DNA of 64,000 nt from Lama glama. Its lineage: Eukaryota. This document shows positions 38,255 to 51,311 of the stretch, in pieces. The stretch is taken from assembly GCA_028534125.1 (NCBI GenBank), contig CM052816.1, positions 56,980,001 to 57,044,000 on the forward strand. The letters run 5' to 3'. The notes under the pieces are model-generated. The model saw only the letters and a program-made list of their open reading frames with translations. It was not told the DNA's origin and did no database searches. Position numbers and translations under genes: made by a program. Position 1 is the first letter of the stretch. The number at the start of each line of letters is the position of its first letter.

Positions 38255-38438
38255 CAAGGCCAGCTTTCAACCTGTGTGTGTGAGACCTGTTTGGCCGCAC
38301 AGGGCCCTGTGTGTAGACAGGTCCTGCCCTTGATTTAATGCTCTACTCCTGTCCTCTTGAAATTCTTAATCATTTTTGAACTTTAGATCCTACACATTTT
38401 GATTTTACACTGGGACCTACAAAATATAGCTAGTTCTG
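38255..38438. mobile_element. MER91A-like hAT-Tip100 MITE
   Basis: caaggccagcttt..gcacagggccct..tttaatgctct..tcttgaaattcttaatcatttttgaac..cactgggacctacaaaatatagctagttctg. Confidence 0.75.
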
Positions 38439-38479
38439 CAAAAGATGGTCTACTCTAAACCTCTCTGTTTTTTTTTTTT

Positions 38480-38979
38480 NNNNNNNNNNNNNNNNNNNNN
38501 NNNNNNNNNNNNNNNNNNNNNNNNNNNNNNNNNNNNNNNNNNNNNNNNNNNNNNNNNNNNNNNNNNNNNNNNNNNNNNNNNNNNNNNNNNNNNNNNNNNN
38601 NNNNNNNNNNNNNNNNNNNNNNNNNNNNNNNNNNNNNNNNNNNNNNNNNNNNNNNNNNNNNNNNNNNNNNNNNNNNNNNNNNNNNNNNNNNNNNNNNNNN
38701 NNNNNNNNNNNNNNNNNNNNNNNNNNNNNNNNNNNNNNNNNNNNNNNNNNNNNNNNNNNNNNNNNNNNNNNNNNNNNNNNNNNNNNNNNNNNNNNNNNNN
38801 NNNNNNNNNNNNNNNNNNNNNNNNNNNNNNNNNNNNNNNNNNNNNNNNNNNNNNNNNNNNNNNNNNNNNNNNNNNNNNNNNNNNNNNNNNNNNNNNNNNN
38901 NNNNNNNNNNNNNNNNNNNNNNNNNNNNNNNNNNNNNNNNNNNNNNNNNNNNNNNNNNNNNNNNNNNNNNNNNNNNNNN
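38480..38979. other. Assembly gap (500 N)
   Basis: Exactly 500 N, preceded by a poly-T run. Confidence 1.
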
Positions 38980-40339
38980 CAGAAACGAGAGCAGCTGCAG
39001 TGATGTTAACCGAGGTCCAGACGCGCTCTCTCCGAAGAGCGCTGCTTCTGACAGTTGGAGTCTTTTCCTGACCTCAGAAACCTCGAGCCGCTTAACCTGA
39101 CCATGTTTGGATGAACAGCTCAGAGGAAAAGGCTGAAGCAGTACATAATCAAGCAACGATTACAGTCATGTATGTGTGGAATCGGCTTCTCTGAGGCCGC
39201 TGTCACAGAGCAGGTCACCGTGACATACGAGAGTCCGGGAGGACAAACGAACCCCCTCCCACTAACACAAGAGTAGTGGTGATTGCTGTTCTACCAACGG
39301 TTGTGCTTTCATTTAGTTGGTTTAGAAATAAAGATAATGATGCTAGTTATACAAGTGCTCCAGCCTCTGTAAAGATACAAAACTTTAAAAATAGCGCCTC
39401 GTAACCTGGAAGAGTTAGCTAGTTAGGGTGATTTACCATCGACTCCTTGTCGTAGGATTTTCAAACTTACAAAATTTGGTTTTGAAAATTTTCCTTGAAA
39501 GAGACGAAATTTAGCTAAACCACCATTAGCTGTTACTATCTGCGTGACTATAGTAGCCACTTTTCATAATCCTGTGCACTCCCAGTTCCTATGGGTTGTA
39601 CTCAAAATTTAATTCCCTCCGCAATGAGAGCGTGAGCCAGCCGGGTCCGTGCTCCCCCATTCCCCACTTCTAAAAATTAACCACCTCCACACAAACCCGT
39701 ATCTCAAGGTCTGCTTTTTAGAAAGGAGAAAACTGGGCTAAGACAACATTTCTTTTCTCTCCTTCAGTACCCCTCATCACAGGCCTCTCCCACACCCTTC
39801 ATTCAGCAGTTCAGTTTCATTCTTTTCCAGTTTTTCTTTCTTAAATTCTGTTTGGCATCCAACCATCTTATTTATTCCCAATTGCTAGCCTATTTTTCTC
39901 ATTCAAGCCTAGTGTACTGATGCCCCAAATCCCTTCAAATCCACAGCTATAAAAATGCCTGAATTCTTCCTCCTCTGAATCCAAATGCTCGCTAATTTCA
40001 GTGGATTTAGCCCAGGATAAGGTGAGGACGGCATTGTATCTTTAATTAGGCACTTTTCAAATCTCCTGTGGTATGTACAGTTTGGATTACTAAATTATGC
40101 CTTAAGCATTTCATGTGAGGGGGTGGGGTGTGAAGATTAATAAGTCGTGGTTTCTAAATCTCTTGAGAAGTCTTAGATATACACGGTGTTTTGCAAATAT
40201 ATGGCAATGCCTCTAGTAACACACATTGCCTGAGCCTACAGAATAAATTCTCTCTTGGGCAAATATCTTGCCCAGATAAGCCGGGAGAGGATGACCATGC
40301 TGCAGGAACTCTGCACTGTGACAGCACAGCCTGCTGCCA

Positions 40340-40645
40340 TTTGTCCATCCATCCGTTCATAGACACTTGTTGAATATTGATCACGTGTCTGAGGCTCTGT
40401 TAGGCCCTGCCGATTAAAAGAAAAAAATCACCTTCAAGTTGCTTGCTTGTTAGTATATGGGTGTGTCTGGTGGGGTGGGGCTAAAGATCCCACAAACAAT
40501 TACAACCTGTAGAATGCCACTTAAGGAAGAAGCCAAGTGCTAGGAGGGTTTAGATGAAAGGAAGTGCCCAGCTAATGGGGGGATTCAGTAAGGCATCACA
40601 AAGAGGTGCTGTTTGGATGAAGCTTGAAGGGGAAACAGAATTTTG
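40340..40645 (-). mobile_element. L2 LINE 3' fragment
   Basis: tccatccatccgttcatagacacttgttgaat..gggggattcagtaaggcatcacaaagaggtg. Confidence 0.5.
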
Positions 40646-40649
40646 TTTA

Positions 40650-41370
40650 ACACATTTTTAACTTTTAGTAAGTTTAGATATACAGAAAGTTACAAACATA
40701 TTAGAGTGTTTCCATATATTTCTCATATGATTTCCCCCATTCTTTAAAAAATGTTTTAAAAATTTTTTGTTGTTACTTTTTTTTTATTCGGGGGGGTTAG
40801 GGTGTTCTTTTTGCTTTGGGGGAAGGTAATTACGTTTATTTATTTATTTTTTAACAGAGGTACTGAGGATCAAACCTAAGACTTCATGCATGCTAGGCAT
40901 GTGCTGTACCACTGAACTATACCCTTCCCGCCTTCCCCCATTCTTAACATCTTAAATTTCCACAGTGTGCTTATTAAAACTAAGAAGCTAACCTTGATGC
41001 ATTACTATTAACTACACTCTACACTTTTTATGGATGTCACCACCTTCCCTATTAATGTCCTCTTTCTGTTTCAGGATCTGTTTCAGGGAACCACATTGCA
41101 TTAGGTTGTCATGCCTCCTCAGGCTTCTCTGTGACAGTCTGCCACAGTTTCTCAGTCTTTGCTTGTTTTCATGACCTTGACAGTTTTGAGGAGTACTGGC
41201 CACGTATCCTGTACATGGCCCCCAATCTGAATGTGTGTGGTGTTTTCCTCACGGCTAGGCTAGGCTTATGGGTTTGGGGGAAGAGCACAGAGAAATGCCC
41301 TTGTTATCATGCCATGTCAAGGGGTACCTGATATCTGCATGACAGCACAGCCAAGAAGGTGAATCTTAAT
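40650..41370 (-). mobile_element. Old L1 (L1MC-like) 3'UTR, interrupted by a SINE
   Basis: gtttagatatacagaaag..tttcaggatc..gttgtcatgcctcctcaggc..catgaccttgacagttttgaggagtactgg..ttatgggtttggggg. Confidence 0.75.
40745..40932 (-). mobile_element. tRNA-Ala-derived SINE (camelid vic-1 type)
   Basis: Minus strand GGGTATAGTTCAGTGGTACAGCACATGCCTAGCATGCATGAAGTCTTAGGTTTGATCCTCAGTACCTC; perfect 13-bp TSD TTCCCCCATTCTT at 40732-40744 and 40933-40945. Confidence 0.9.
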
Positions 41371-41549
41371 GGGGGCAGTTGCCCCACAGGTGAAAAGCAT
41401 CTGTGTGAGCAAGGTGTGTTTGTAGACTCCAAGTGGTCCAGGTGGGCTGACAGGCAGACTACTCATAAGGGAGCGGAGGGAGATAAGGCATGCGTTGATA
41501 TGGCACTTTTAAGTATTTAAAAGATTTTGTGGAAACTAACTTTTTCAAA

Positions 41550-41700
41550 GCTTAGCACCCTGTGGTAAAGTGATTGGGCGGATATTGTTGCCCCCATTAA
41601 AAGGTGAAAAAACTGAGGCTTGAGAAATTAAGAGGCTCGCTGAAGATCACACCAGCAGTGGTGGGACTCAGACACTGTTCTCCTCATTCCCATCCCAGGG
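41550..41700 (-). mobile_element. MIR SINE fragment
   Basis: cccccattaaaaggtgaaaaaactgaggcttgagaaattaag..gaagatcacac. Confidence 0.65.
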
Positions 41701-43749
41701 TTCTTGGCTCTTCATCTTGGTCACTATCCCTTTAAAGGCCCAAAGAGCCTGTGTTGGGAGTGGTGGAACAGGGTATATGAATCTGGATGAATCTATGAAG
41801 GCTGGACCCCCTTCCCTCCATGCTCTGTCCCAATTTCCCATCTAAACTCTGCACACAAAAGCTAGACAGAGCAAAGTCAACTCTTCCTTCTGAGGAGATG
41901 AAAGCTCTTTCACCAGGTCCGAGAACGCCTGCTTCTGCGCTGCTCCTTCACTAGTGTTTGCCCTGGCGTCTGTCCGGAAAGGGAACATACCACCGAGGTT
42001 CCCAGGGCGGAGGGTCTTTCGCGCAGTTCGTACTAGCAAATGTTCACTTGTGCCTTCCATTGGCGATCGAGGGAATATGAGGGACACAACAACTGGAAGC
42101 TAAATACTGGTCTCGGTTGACCCAGGTACAGACTGAGAAGAGAATGCAAAAGATCAGAGGAATTTCTCTTCTTCCCCGTTGAGCTCTGAGACTGGCCCTT
42201 TACTATGTCAAAAAGGGCACTGAAGTTGGCCAATTGGAAAGTTCCCTTATCCCACCTCTTTAGAGGTAACATTTACTTGTTTATTTCACAAACATATATT
42301 GTGTACTCACCATGAGTCTGCGTGGAAGGTAAGGGAAACAATATCAGTAAGACTTCTTGCTTCCAAGAAGCTCACCTGCAGGGAAAGAAGTAAGAAAAAA
42401 ATTTAGTAGGAGAGGGAAGAGGAGCCTGGGCTCCCTAGGAGGGGCGATGCTGGAGCTGGGTCTCCTAGGACAACAGGGGTGTTAGTGGTGGAAACAGCGT
42501 ATGCAGAAGCGTGGAGGAAAGAAGCAGAGTTGCATGTTATGGGAAGTGAGAGTCATTTGGTGTTGCTGGAGCATAACAGAGGGTGTTGGGAACACAACTG
42601 CTGCTCCATCCTCTGCGGTGGGGGGAGCAGAGACCTCCAAAAGAGTCCTCTAGCGTTTTACTTTCTATGATGCCATCCTTTCGATAGCCAGGCACTAGGA
42701 TCTTAAAGATTTTGCCTGACTTCCCACTATTGCAGCTTGATCTTAGAAATACGTAGCCATGATGCCTAATCCCTTAAAATGTGTTGAAAGCATAACAACA
42801 TTTGTTCTGTGATCAGCAACAGATTCTCTTGCAACTAATTTTTACGCAGCTCAAGATTGAGTGGAAACATCCCACTGTACTTAATGCAGGGTTCCTGTAA
42901 AACTGCAGGGTTTTCAGCGGGGGAGATTATCCGTTGATCTTTGATATTCACTTGTTCACAGAGCTCTGTCATTATACTGTGTCACATGGCTCCTTATAGT
43001 TTCCAAAGCCATTAAATGCTAAAGAAAACAGGATTTTTTCCAGCTCTGATCTCATTATGTGTACAAATTCCAAGAGCAGCCTCCCAGAAAATAAAAGTTT
43101 TTATACAACAGAGTGGATGTGTTCGTGAAAGATATATTGTTTATTTTCTTGGCACAGAGTTAACTCTAAAATAAGATTACTTAATTGAAGAAAACATTTC
43201 CTGACATGCTGAGAAGCAACATTTGAACCAAATCTCCTCTCTCTTAGATTAAGTCTAGGGTGGATGTGTTCTAGGCTATTTAATCCATGTGAATCTCAAA
43301 CAAAATCATTTTAACTACTGAGGCATTTAGTTGGTAAGGCGAAATGTAACTCAATACTGCAGGCAACAGCTTGTAATCAATTATGATTTTCAGTTGGGGA
43401 AGTTTCTGGGGTTTGTTGTTACGGTAGTACTTTATTTATTTATTTATTGGCAACAGAAAAATCTGAAATCTGGAAGCATTCAATTCAATTTTTCATTGCA
43501 CAGGCTGCTTCTGGCTTTGGTTTGCTGGGTAACTCAGCTCATTTTTAGTGGTTCTGTTATGCTATTTTTAGGACTTTTGGGTCAGCATCATAATATATAA
43601 TATTATCTATTATGTATTACTGTATTATATCTAGTCTAATATATATTCTATATATTATGCAGCATATATAGCATTATATATTATTATACAGTAACATGTA
43701 ATATTATATATTATATAGAGCAATATTCACCCTATTAAAACTAGTCTAT

Positions 43750-44152
43750 ATTCATGCTAGTTGTTCACCAAAATGCCTTGTCCCTTTCTTGCTGGGCACA
43801 AGGCTTCCTCACTAGAACAGATTTCCTGGTCTTCCTTGGAGTCGGGTAAGGCCACGTGATGAAGTTCTCATCTACAGGATGTGAACAGAAGGGCCGAGTG
43901 CCACTTCCAGAGCCAGGCCTTCCGTGTGGAACATGCCTCCTTCACACCCTCTCGTCTCTCCCTGGCTGGAGTTTGGCTGTGGAGACTCTGCTCTGAGTAG
44001 GTGGGTGAAGACAGCGCCTTAGGAAGGTGGTACAATCCAGTGATAGGAACTTGGATCCCTGAATGTTCCTGTGGAGCAGAGCTGGGCTGCCCTCCTGGAT
44101 TGCTCACTTTGGAACATGTGAGGGAAATAAACTCCCCTATTCTTTAAGCCAC
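43750..44152 (+). mobile_element. MaLR LTR (MLT1H-like), interrupted near its 3' end by the ERV-L
   Basis: ggccacgtgatgaagttct..tgccacttccagagcc..ggaacttggatccctgaat..aaataaac..tttaagccactg. Confidence 0.65.
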
Positions 44153-44716
44153 TGTGTCAATCAGAGTTCATTCAGAGAAGCAAAATCACAAGGTACTGTA
44201 TGTGTGATACGGGTCTGTGACAGAGATTTGCTCTTAAGTAACTGTGAGAGCTGGTGAAGCATTTCTGGCAGATTGGCTTTGTGACTAGGGCTAGAAATTG
44301 AAGTCTGCAGGGCAGGCAGTTGGGAAGGAAGGTAAGTGCAAAGCAGGGCAGAGCAAGGATATGGCAAAACTCACAAGCACCAGCTGGCGTTTTGGCTGCT
44401 TCTGACCTCGGTGGTATGAGTGTCTACAGGAGAAGCTAATGTCCTTCATCATGGACCTAACACACACCTGGCCCAGGAGTCAGAGAAGCTGAAGGAAGAG
44501 CCAGGAGAAGGTGGATCAGTGGTAGGTCTGGCTCCTACATCACAGCAACAGGGTGAACCAGGGAGTCAACAGCAGCAGCTGCTGCTTCTCTTCCGCCCTC
44601 CGAATCTCACACCAGGACCTCCCTTGTGACACACTCCAACTGGAAACATACAGGGAGTGAAGTTCTGGGAAATAGAATTCAGCCTAGTCATGGTGACACA
44701 TTACAAAGCCACCACA
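44153..44716 (-). mobile_element. ERV-L 3' LTR (MLT2F-like)
   Basis: Minus strand begins TGTGGTGGCTTTGTAATGTGTCACC and ends TGACACA; adjacent to a polypurine-tract-like AAGGGTTGAC. Confidence 0.7.
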
Positions 44717-46550
44717 GTCAACCCTTGTCAGCTTATACTCTACACAGCTCCTTGAGCCATATTTTATCTCCAAAACCGTAATAAAGCCATGCTTCAGCCA
44801 GGTGGGATCCAACCATCACAGGTACAACCTCAAACATAGTAACCTTTTTCCTAGAAGAGGATACAAAGTCCCTCTTTTGTTTTTGGATGATGTTATTTTT
44901 TCTTCTAGCTGATTCACAGTCCCTGTTATTTAAATATTGGTATATAAAGCTAACTATTATATAATACATTTTAGGTTAGGTGATATGGAGATAAGAGGGA
45001 GGAAGAAAACAAAAATTTAGTTAATATATAAACAAACATATAAATATGAAAATGAGGAAAAAACACACAAATATGATAGCCCTCCTTTGTGCACGGGGCA
45101 CATGGTCATTGCTGGTATACATTATGACTTTCTTCCAGAACCCACTGCCTTTACCCTCAGCAAGCACTTCAGCTACTTGTGGTTTCTTGGCTGTTGGGAT
45201 GACTCGAACATTCATTCCTGAAGGCTCTGGGTCATTTGTGAGCCTGCCTGAACTGGGCTGTTGTAGTTTTCCGCTGACTTTAATCCTAGGAAATAGGAAT
45301 AGTAAGAGGTTCCCCAGAGGATCTCCTGCATTCCAAATATACTGTTCCTTAGCCCTATCATGTAGTAATCCCAATGTCCCCATGATTATCAGGATCAGCT
45401 CCCAGAGCCGGTATGTGACCCTCTTCTTTGCTCATTGACTCATTGGCACAAAGAGCACAGAGTGTGTAGGTGGCTCTCTCAGCTTCCAGTTCAGAGGAAT
45501 CACGGTTGTGTCCCTGGGTGGAAGCATTTCCCACCTTTAGTTCCTTTTGAAACTAAAACTCTTAAACCAGCACAGCCCAACTTCAGGGATGGGAACAAAA
45601 AACATTGCTAGTGAATCACTAGGGATAACAGTGATAAGAGTCATCCCCATTTCCTCCCCTTGATTCCCACACCCATGAATCTTGGCTCCGGGGGGAAAAA
45701 GTCACCATATATTGGACATCAGTTTAAAAGCATAGACTGAATCCTGGAGAATGTTGCCTTAGCCCTGCAAGGTGTTGTCACCTAGCTAGCACCCAACTGA
45801 GTCTTCAAAAGGCTATTCCACTGTTCCATCAAATTAGCTGCTTTAAGATGATGGGGAGCATTGTAAGACTAGTGAATTTCATGGGCATGGGCCCATTGTT
45901 GCAACTTCATTTTCTATGAAATGAATTCTTTGGTTTAGAAACCATGATAGTTTCTGGCTGGCCTTCCATAAGTCCATGGATAATAATTTAGGTAGAAACA
46001 TTGCAGGCAAAGAAGGCAAGAAGAGAAAGCGTCTATTTCAGTAAGAACAAAGTGGCATCCCTTTCATTATGGGAATAATCCAATATAATCAATTTATCAC
46101 CAAACAGCTGGCTAATCCCCCTGGGGAATGTGCCCATTTAGGAGCTAAAAGGCTACTGGAAGTTTGGACACTCAGCAATGGCTATAGCCAGATCAGCCTT
46201 GGTGACTGTTGCTGGACCCATGTATAAACTTCGTCCTTTCATCCCAACCATAGCCACCCTGTTCATAAGCCCCACTGGGCAGAGCCAAGAGTAGATAGAG
46301 AAGGATCCTGATTGATGCCCACAGAAGGGTCATCCTCTCCACTTGAGTTCACCTTTCTCCGAGCATTCACACGAGACACAAATATCTCACACTCTGTTCC
46401 CGTCCAGAGAAGTCTACCCACATGCCTCTTCCTCAGATTTCCTTGTCACCAATTTTTCAATCATGTTCCTTCCAAGTCCCCGACCATTCAGACCATTAGC
46501 CATAACCCATAAATCATTGTGATCTTACCTCTGTCCACCTCTCCTTCCAG
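44717..46550 (-). mobile_element. ERV-L internal relic (integrase and dUTPase, decayed)
   Basis: Minus-strand translations: QQWAHAHEIH*SYNAPHHLKAANLMEQWNSLLKTQL (integrase core, about 45795-45905); MLPPRDTTVIPLNWKLREPP (about 45465-45527); GLLHDRAKEQYIWNAGDPLG..KVSGKLQQP..VLAEGKG (dUTPase region, within ORF 45021-45383). Confidence 0.85.
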
Positions 46551-47334
46551 TTATAGCAGGTGGTACAAACTGACATGCTGACCTAAGAGATCTATCTTTG
46601 TCTATTTTCAAAGGATTCTACCTTACTCCTGGGAAATTTAGCAGAAAATGGTCTCCAACTTACCTTCGGTTCACAAACACCAATCCTTGAACACCATAGC
46701 ACTTACATATGCACCCTAACACAAAGTCCTCTACATAACAGGCAGGCAGTCCAGTGATATTTGTGCAATGAATGGGTGGCCCTGGCCCTCGAGCATGCTG
46801 CTGCTGAGCCTGTGAGAAAGGAGCCAAATGCAGAACAAGTTCATGCATCTGCTCAGCGGCTGAGATTACATAGCACATGACCTCTTACAGCCAGCAAGTC
46901 TGCATTGATCAGCTACTAATTACCCAGTTACTATTCCACAGTAATCAGTTTATACCGATTGTTGAGCTAGGTTAATTTTAAAGACACATGACATCAGTTA
47001 CGTTACATTACACTTATTTCTTGTTCAGCTTAACCTCATATGTTTATCCAGGCCTGGACTCATAACTACTGCCCCAGAAGTGCTCAAAGGGGAAGAAAAA
47101 GGACATTATTGTTTCCTACTGATTATACATCTGATCGCTGAAGCAGCGCATGCTTAAGCTCCGTGAGGTTAAGGCCCACTTCTGACGCTGGTCTTGTTCG
47201 ACACTCTCAAGCTTTCTTTGGTGTTTGGCACATGACGGAGCTTTATAAATAATCATTGAGAGGATGAGTGAGTTGTTCACCAAGATCACATCAGAAAGTT
47301 TCTGAGATGCCTCAAGGAGCTGAGCTCTGGGACC

Positions 47335-47520
47335 AGAGGGAGTATCATGTAGTGAAAAAGCACTGGGCCAGGGCCAGGACAGCTGAGTTCTAGCCTCAGC
47401 TTTGCCACTGCTTGGCTGTGTGACCTTGAGCAAGGCGCCTATCCTCTTTGGGCCTTGGTTTCTGGTCCAAGGACATTTGAGAGTTGAATCGCAGCCATGA
47501 GAGGCCTCTGACGCTCAAAG
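47335..47520 (+). mobile_element. MIR/MIR3 SINE
   Basis: gtagtgaaaaagcactggg..tgagttctagcctcagctttgccactgcttggctgtgtgaccttgagcaag..tgggccttggtttc. Confidence 0.75.
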
Positions 47521-47725
47521 GTGTTTTGTTTAGACTGCACAGTGTCCCCCCAAACCGTCTGTGGATGTGGACACACATTCTTTGGTTTACCGTAATTACC
47601 ACCCCTTCCTGTCCCTTTTGTACACTTTTACTCCCAGTCTTTCCCCTGGAGCCATCTGAGTTTGTAACTTCTGAACATGACAGACTCCTGCTCTGACCTT
47701 CTCTGAGTTCATGCCACTGGAGTGG

Positions 47726-48225
47726 GCCAGGGGCCAGGACAGACCATGTTCACCACCAGTGTCAAGCCACAGCCCCCTGGCCAGTACCCGGCCATCCTCA
47801 ATAAGACGGCCCACCTCGGGCCCCACCAGGCTCTGATCACAAAGAGGCCACCACACGCCCTTCCAGCCCTCCTCTGGCCCCACGGGCTGCCGCTTCCAGG
47901 CAGCGACGGGAAGCAGGCTCTCAGGGGAGCCCAGCAGCACGCAGGGCTTGAGGCCCCCCGTTCACTTCCTGAAGGTAGAGCTGCGGAGGGGAGGGGGGTT
48001 GTTCTCCTGTGGTCTCTGTTCTGTGAAGTATGCTAAATGTAAGGAAGGCTTAAACTCTTGTATCTTTAAAAGAGAAAATCTTATTTAACCCTTTTGTGTT
48101 GTAAATTTACTTACACACATAGCCTGGAGCTCAGTTTTAGTTTTAACGTTGTGAAAATATTAAAAGAATCTTGTAACTTAACTCTTCTTTTTCTCCTGCT
48201 GAAAAAAAATTAAACCAATCGTGTG
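47726..48225 (+). pseudogene. Possible processed-pseudogene fragment (mRNA 3' end of an unidentified gene)
   Basis: GC-rich CpG-containing block followed by an AT-rich UTR-like block with ATTAAA at 48159-48164 and 48209-48214; lies just upstream of an L2 3' end (48232-48350). No clear poly(A) tail or TSD. Confidence 0.4.
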
Positions 48226-51200
48226 GGGGGAGGAAGTGCCCTAAGGGCAGAAGTTTGAGCCTGCTTTGCTCACCACTGACTGCCCAGTCCTAGAACGGTG
48301 TCTGGAATCTGCTAGAGACTTTATAAGTGTTTGATGAATGGACGAATGCACGTGTGAGAAAGAAGCAGACTCACACAGAAAGGGAGGTGGGGACCACGTC
48401 TCCCTCCAATTTCAATTAGTTCGTTTTGCCTTTGTGATGGAGTTGGAGGGTCTCTGTTCTTCTCTAACGCCTAAGCTTGTCTGGGAGGTCTCAAGTTGAG
48501 TGTGTCTAAGAGAAATAACATCTCTGCGAAAAGCTTCCAACATCCAACAACACAAATTGCTTTAAGTATTAACTGCCAGTGTTCAGGAGCTTTCCTGAGA
48601 AAACTGGCCACTTCGTGCAGCCTGTGTTGCTCCCAGGAGCCCTGTTCCGGATGCCTTTGCCTGAGCTTCTTGCCTGTTTGCTGACCAAGTCAGTGCTGTC
48701 TTACTGGGTCCAGGTGAAGAACTTCCTGTGAACTTCCTACTGTGTGTTTTGAAAAATTCCTTTCTGTGAGTACAACCCCACAGCACTGCTGTTAACACTC
48801 AATAAAACTTTTTTTTTTCCTGGTAGCTGTTAAACTCTAGCATCAGCTTATAATACACATCAGCAGAATATTCCACCCAGGTTTTCCTTGCTGAGCAGAA
48901 GTGAGTCCCCTAACTCTATCAGCTGTGGGGCGAGTAAAAACCTAGCTCATTTTCATAGCCCCTGGGGAGAAACTCTACTAAAACAACTTCCAGTCCTTCA
49001 GAAACAGCCTTGGTCGTTAGAACATTAAAATAGCTCTCAGACAAATGAACAAGATGGAGTTGGAGACCTGAGATTTAAAGAAACAGTTTAAAATTAGAAA
49101 TAAGTGTTGAATTACTCCTAAGTGTATACGCTATTTTCTTATGTTTTTCCTAGCTCTGATAATTTGTAGTCCAACTCTTCAATTTGTGAGTTAAAAATGT
49201 AAATCGCTTGACAAATGTTGTCTGACAAACCTAAATTTGTTTGCATTCATTAAGAAAAAAATCTATGTTCCAAGCCCACGGTGAGAGGACAGAGCAAAAA
49301 ATTCTTCTGGTCTCTTATAATTGAAAACAGCAACAAGGACCAATGCCTGGAAGCTGAAGGTCTCAGTCTGCGCTCCAGACCCCTCTGGTAGAGCAACATT
49401 TCATTTAATAACTTGGACACAAAGGTGGCATCTAGTCTGTGCTGACAGAGCTGGGGATGAGCTGAGCAGTCCTCTCTAAGAGTAGTTGGTGAAGGCGGTC
49501 TGCTGAACATTTCTGCACAAACACAGAGGCAACCCTCTTACCCTACATTGAAGGTTTTCACTGGAAATATCCCAGCCAGAGTCTTTTTTTTTTTTTTATT
49601 TCACTTGTCATTTGGAGGTGAATCAACCTAGATGCTTTCACTCTGCGCTGCCTGCTCATCGGGGCACAAAGTTAGAGATGTGTTGGGAAGAGAAACAAGC
49701 AGAAGAGTCTGGACCACCGATTCAAAGGCTCTGCCTTTGCAGATTACACCCCAAGACAGCACAGTGCTGTGTCATGTTCTCACAAAGGAACAGCAAGTTT
49801 GAGGTTTATTTATGCATCTCTGGCTTATACTGCATATGTTATTATCTGCATCTAACCACCCGATTAAAAAATAAAGATGTGAACATTCATTTTAACAGAG
49901 AGGGAGAATAGTTCAGTAGACTTCAAACTGAAAACAAAAGTGATCAGCTGAAATCATTCCAACCATGTAACATCACATGGTAGCCTTGAGAAGGACAATG
50001 GGAGAAATTAGAGGCTAGTTTATAGAAATAATCCTGCAAAACTCTGTACTAGTTTATACAGATCTAAACTATAACATGGGTAGCTGAAGTATAAAAACTT
50101 CATTTTTTCTTTAGTTCATGTGGGAAATATTGTCATTCATTATCATAATCATCTTCATCATCTCCAAAACCAACAAAGGTCATTCAAACTTAATCATACT
50201 TTAAGTGTTCTTGGTCTCAGACGGAACTTACAGCCCAAAGAAGACAGCAATGATGCAGATGCCCATGTAAAATGCACATGATTAGATTAATCACCTAAAA
50301 TTGACATTAAGAGAAAATCCATTTTCAGAGATAGGTAGTCCTAAGAGTGTCAGAACTGATGAAATTCTTAAGGCGAGTCCCTTTGGAATTCATTTAATAT
50401 CTCCCACAGTGATCAGCACAGTGTCTTGCACAAAACTGGTGTCAGGAAGATTCTGTGAAGAAGATAGGATTTGTCTGCAAAAAGGCATAAAATTTACCTC
50501 TGAAGTTTACCTTCCAAACATCTTAAAGAAAAAGTAAGCTATTATTCTGGCTTTCTTTTTATGTCTTCTCTCTGAACTTTCCTCTTTAAAAGAAGGAAGA
50601 AATTGCCCCAAGTCCTTCTTCCTGAATTGGGATTCTCCCATGGGTCGCTCTGCATCTATCACTCCCTGGAAAGGCTGGTTTCCTTGAGGAGGGTTTGTAG
50701 TGGCTGCCTCTTCACAGGAGAACCAAGAACAAGTCTGCAGAGTCCATCCTTGGCGCCTTCACCACATCGTCGTCGGGACTGCTTTGTGTCTGTGTTGTGT
50801 TGTCTGTGTAACTCAAACTGGCAAACTTCACAGGGACTGTGCTTTTGAGTGAACTGTTTGGGACCATTGAAATTCGTTGAAAATACTTGAAAAAGCCATG
50901 AATAGTCCAAATTCTTAGTCTGGTTTTGTGAGTAAGATTACTAAATGTGAGAGTTTTCATAACAAAATGTGACAAGTAAGCGTTTCTAAATGTTCTGGTT
51001 TTGGTATGATTATCTGCTACTCTGCTACTGCCTCGTTTTTTTTGTTTTTTTGTTTTTTTGTTTTTTTTGCAGAAGAGGCTCCCTCCTCCTTGCTCTGAGA
51101 AGAGGCTGCATGCTGTAGCTTCCAGCTCTACCTCTGGTTAGCCTCACCTTGCAGAGGGATTAGGAAACCATGAAAATCCCACAAGTGTCACACTAGAACT

Positions 51201-51311
51201 AACACAGGTGGGTACGTGAGAACACCAAGGCTTTTAGAAATCAGCACCTACTGATGTGTTCAGCATCAAGCAGTCTTCTAGAATACACCAAGCAGAAGCC
51301 CTGTGATGATG

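Noticed and set aside
43590..43725. Extremely AT-rich TATA-like stretch
   Set aside because: Degenerate (TA)n low-complexity sequence with no promoter context.
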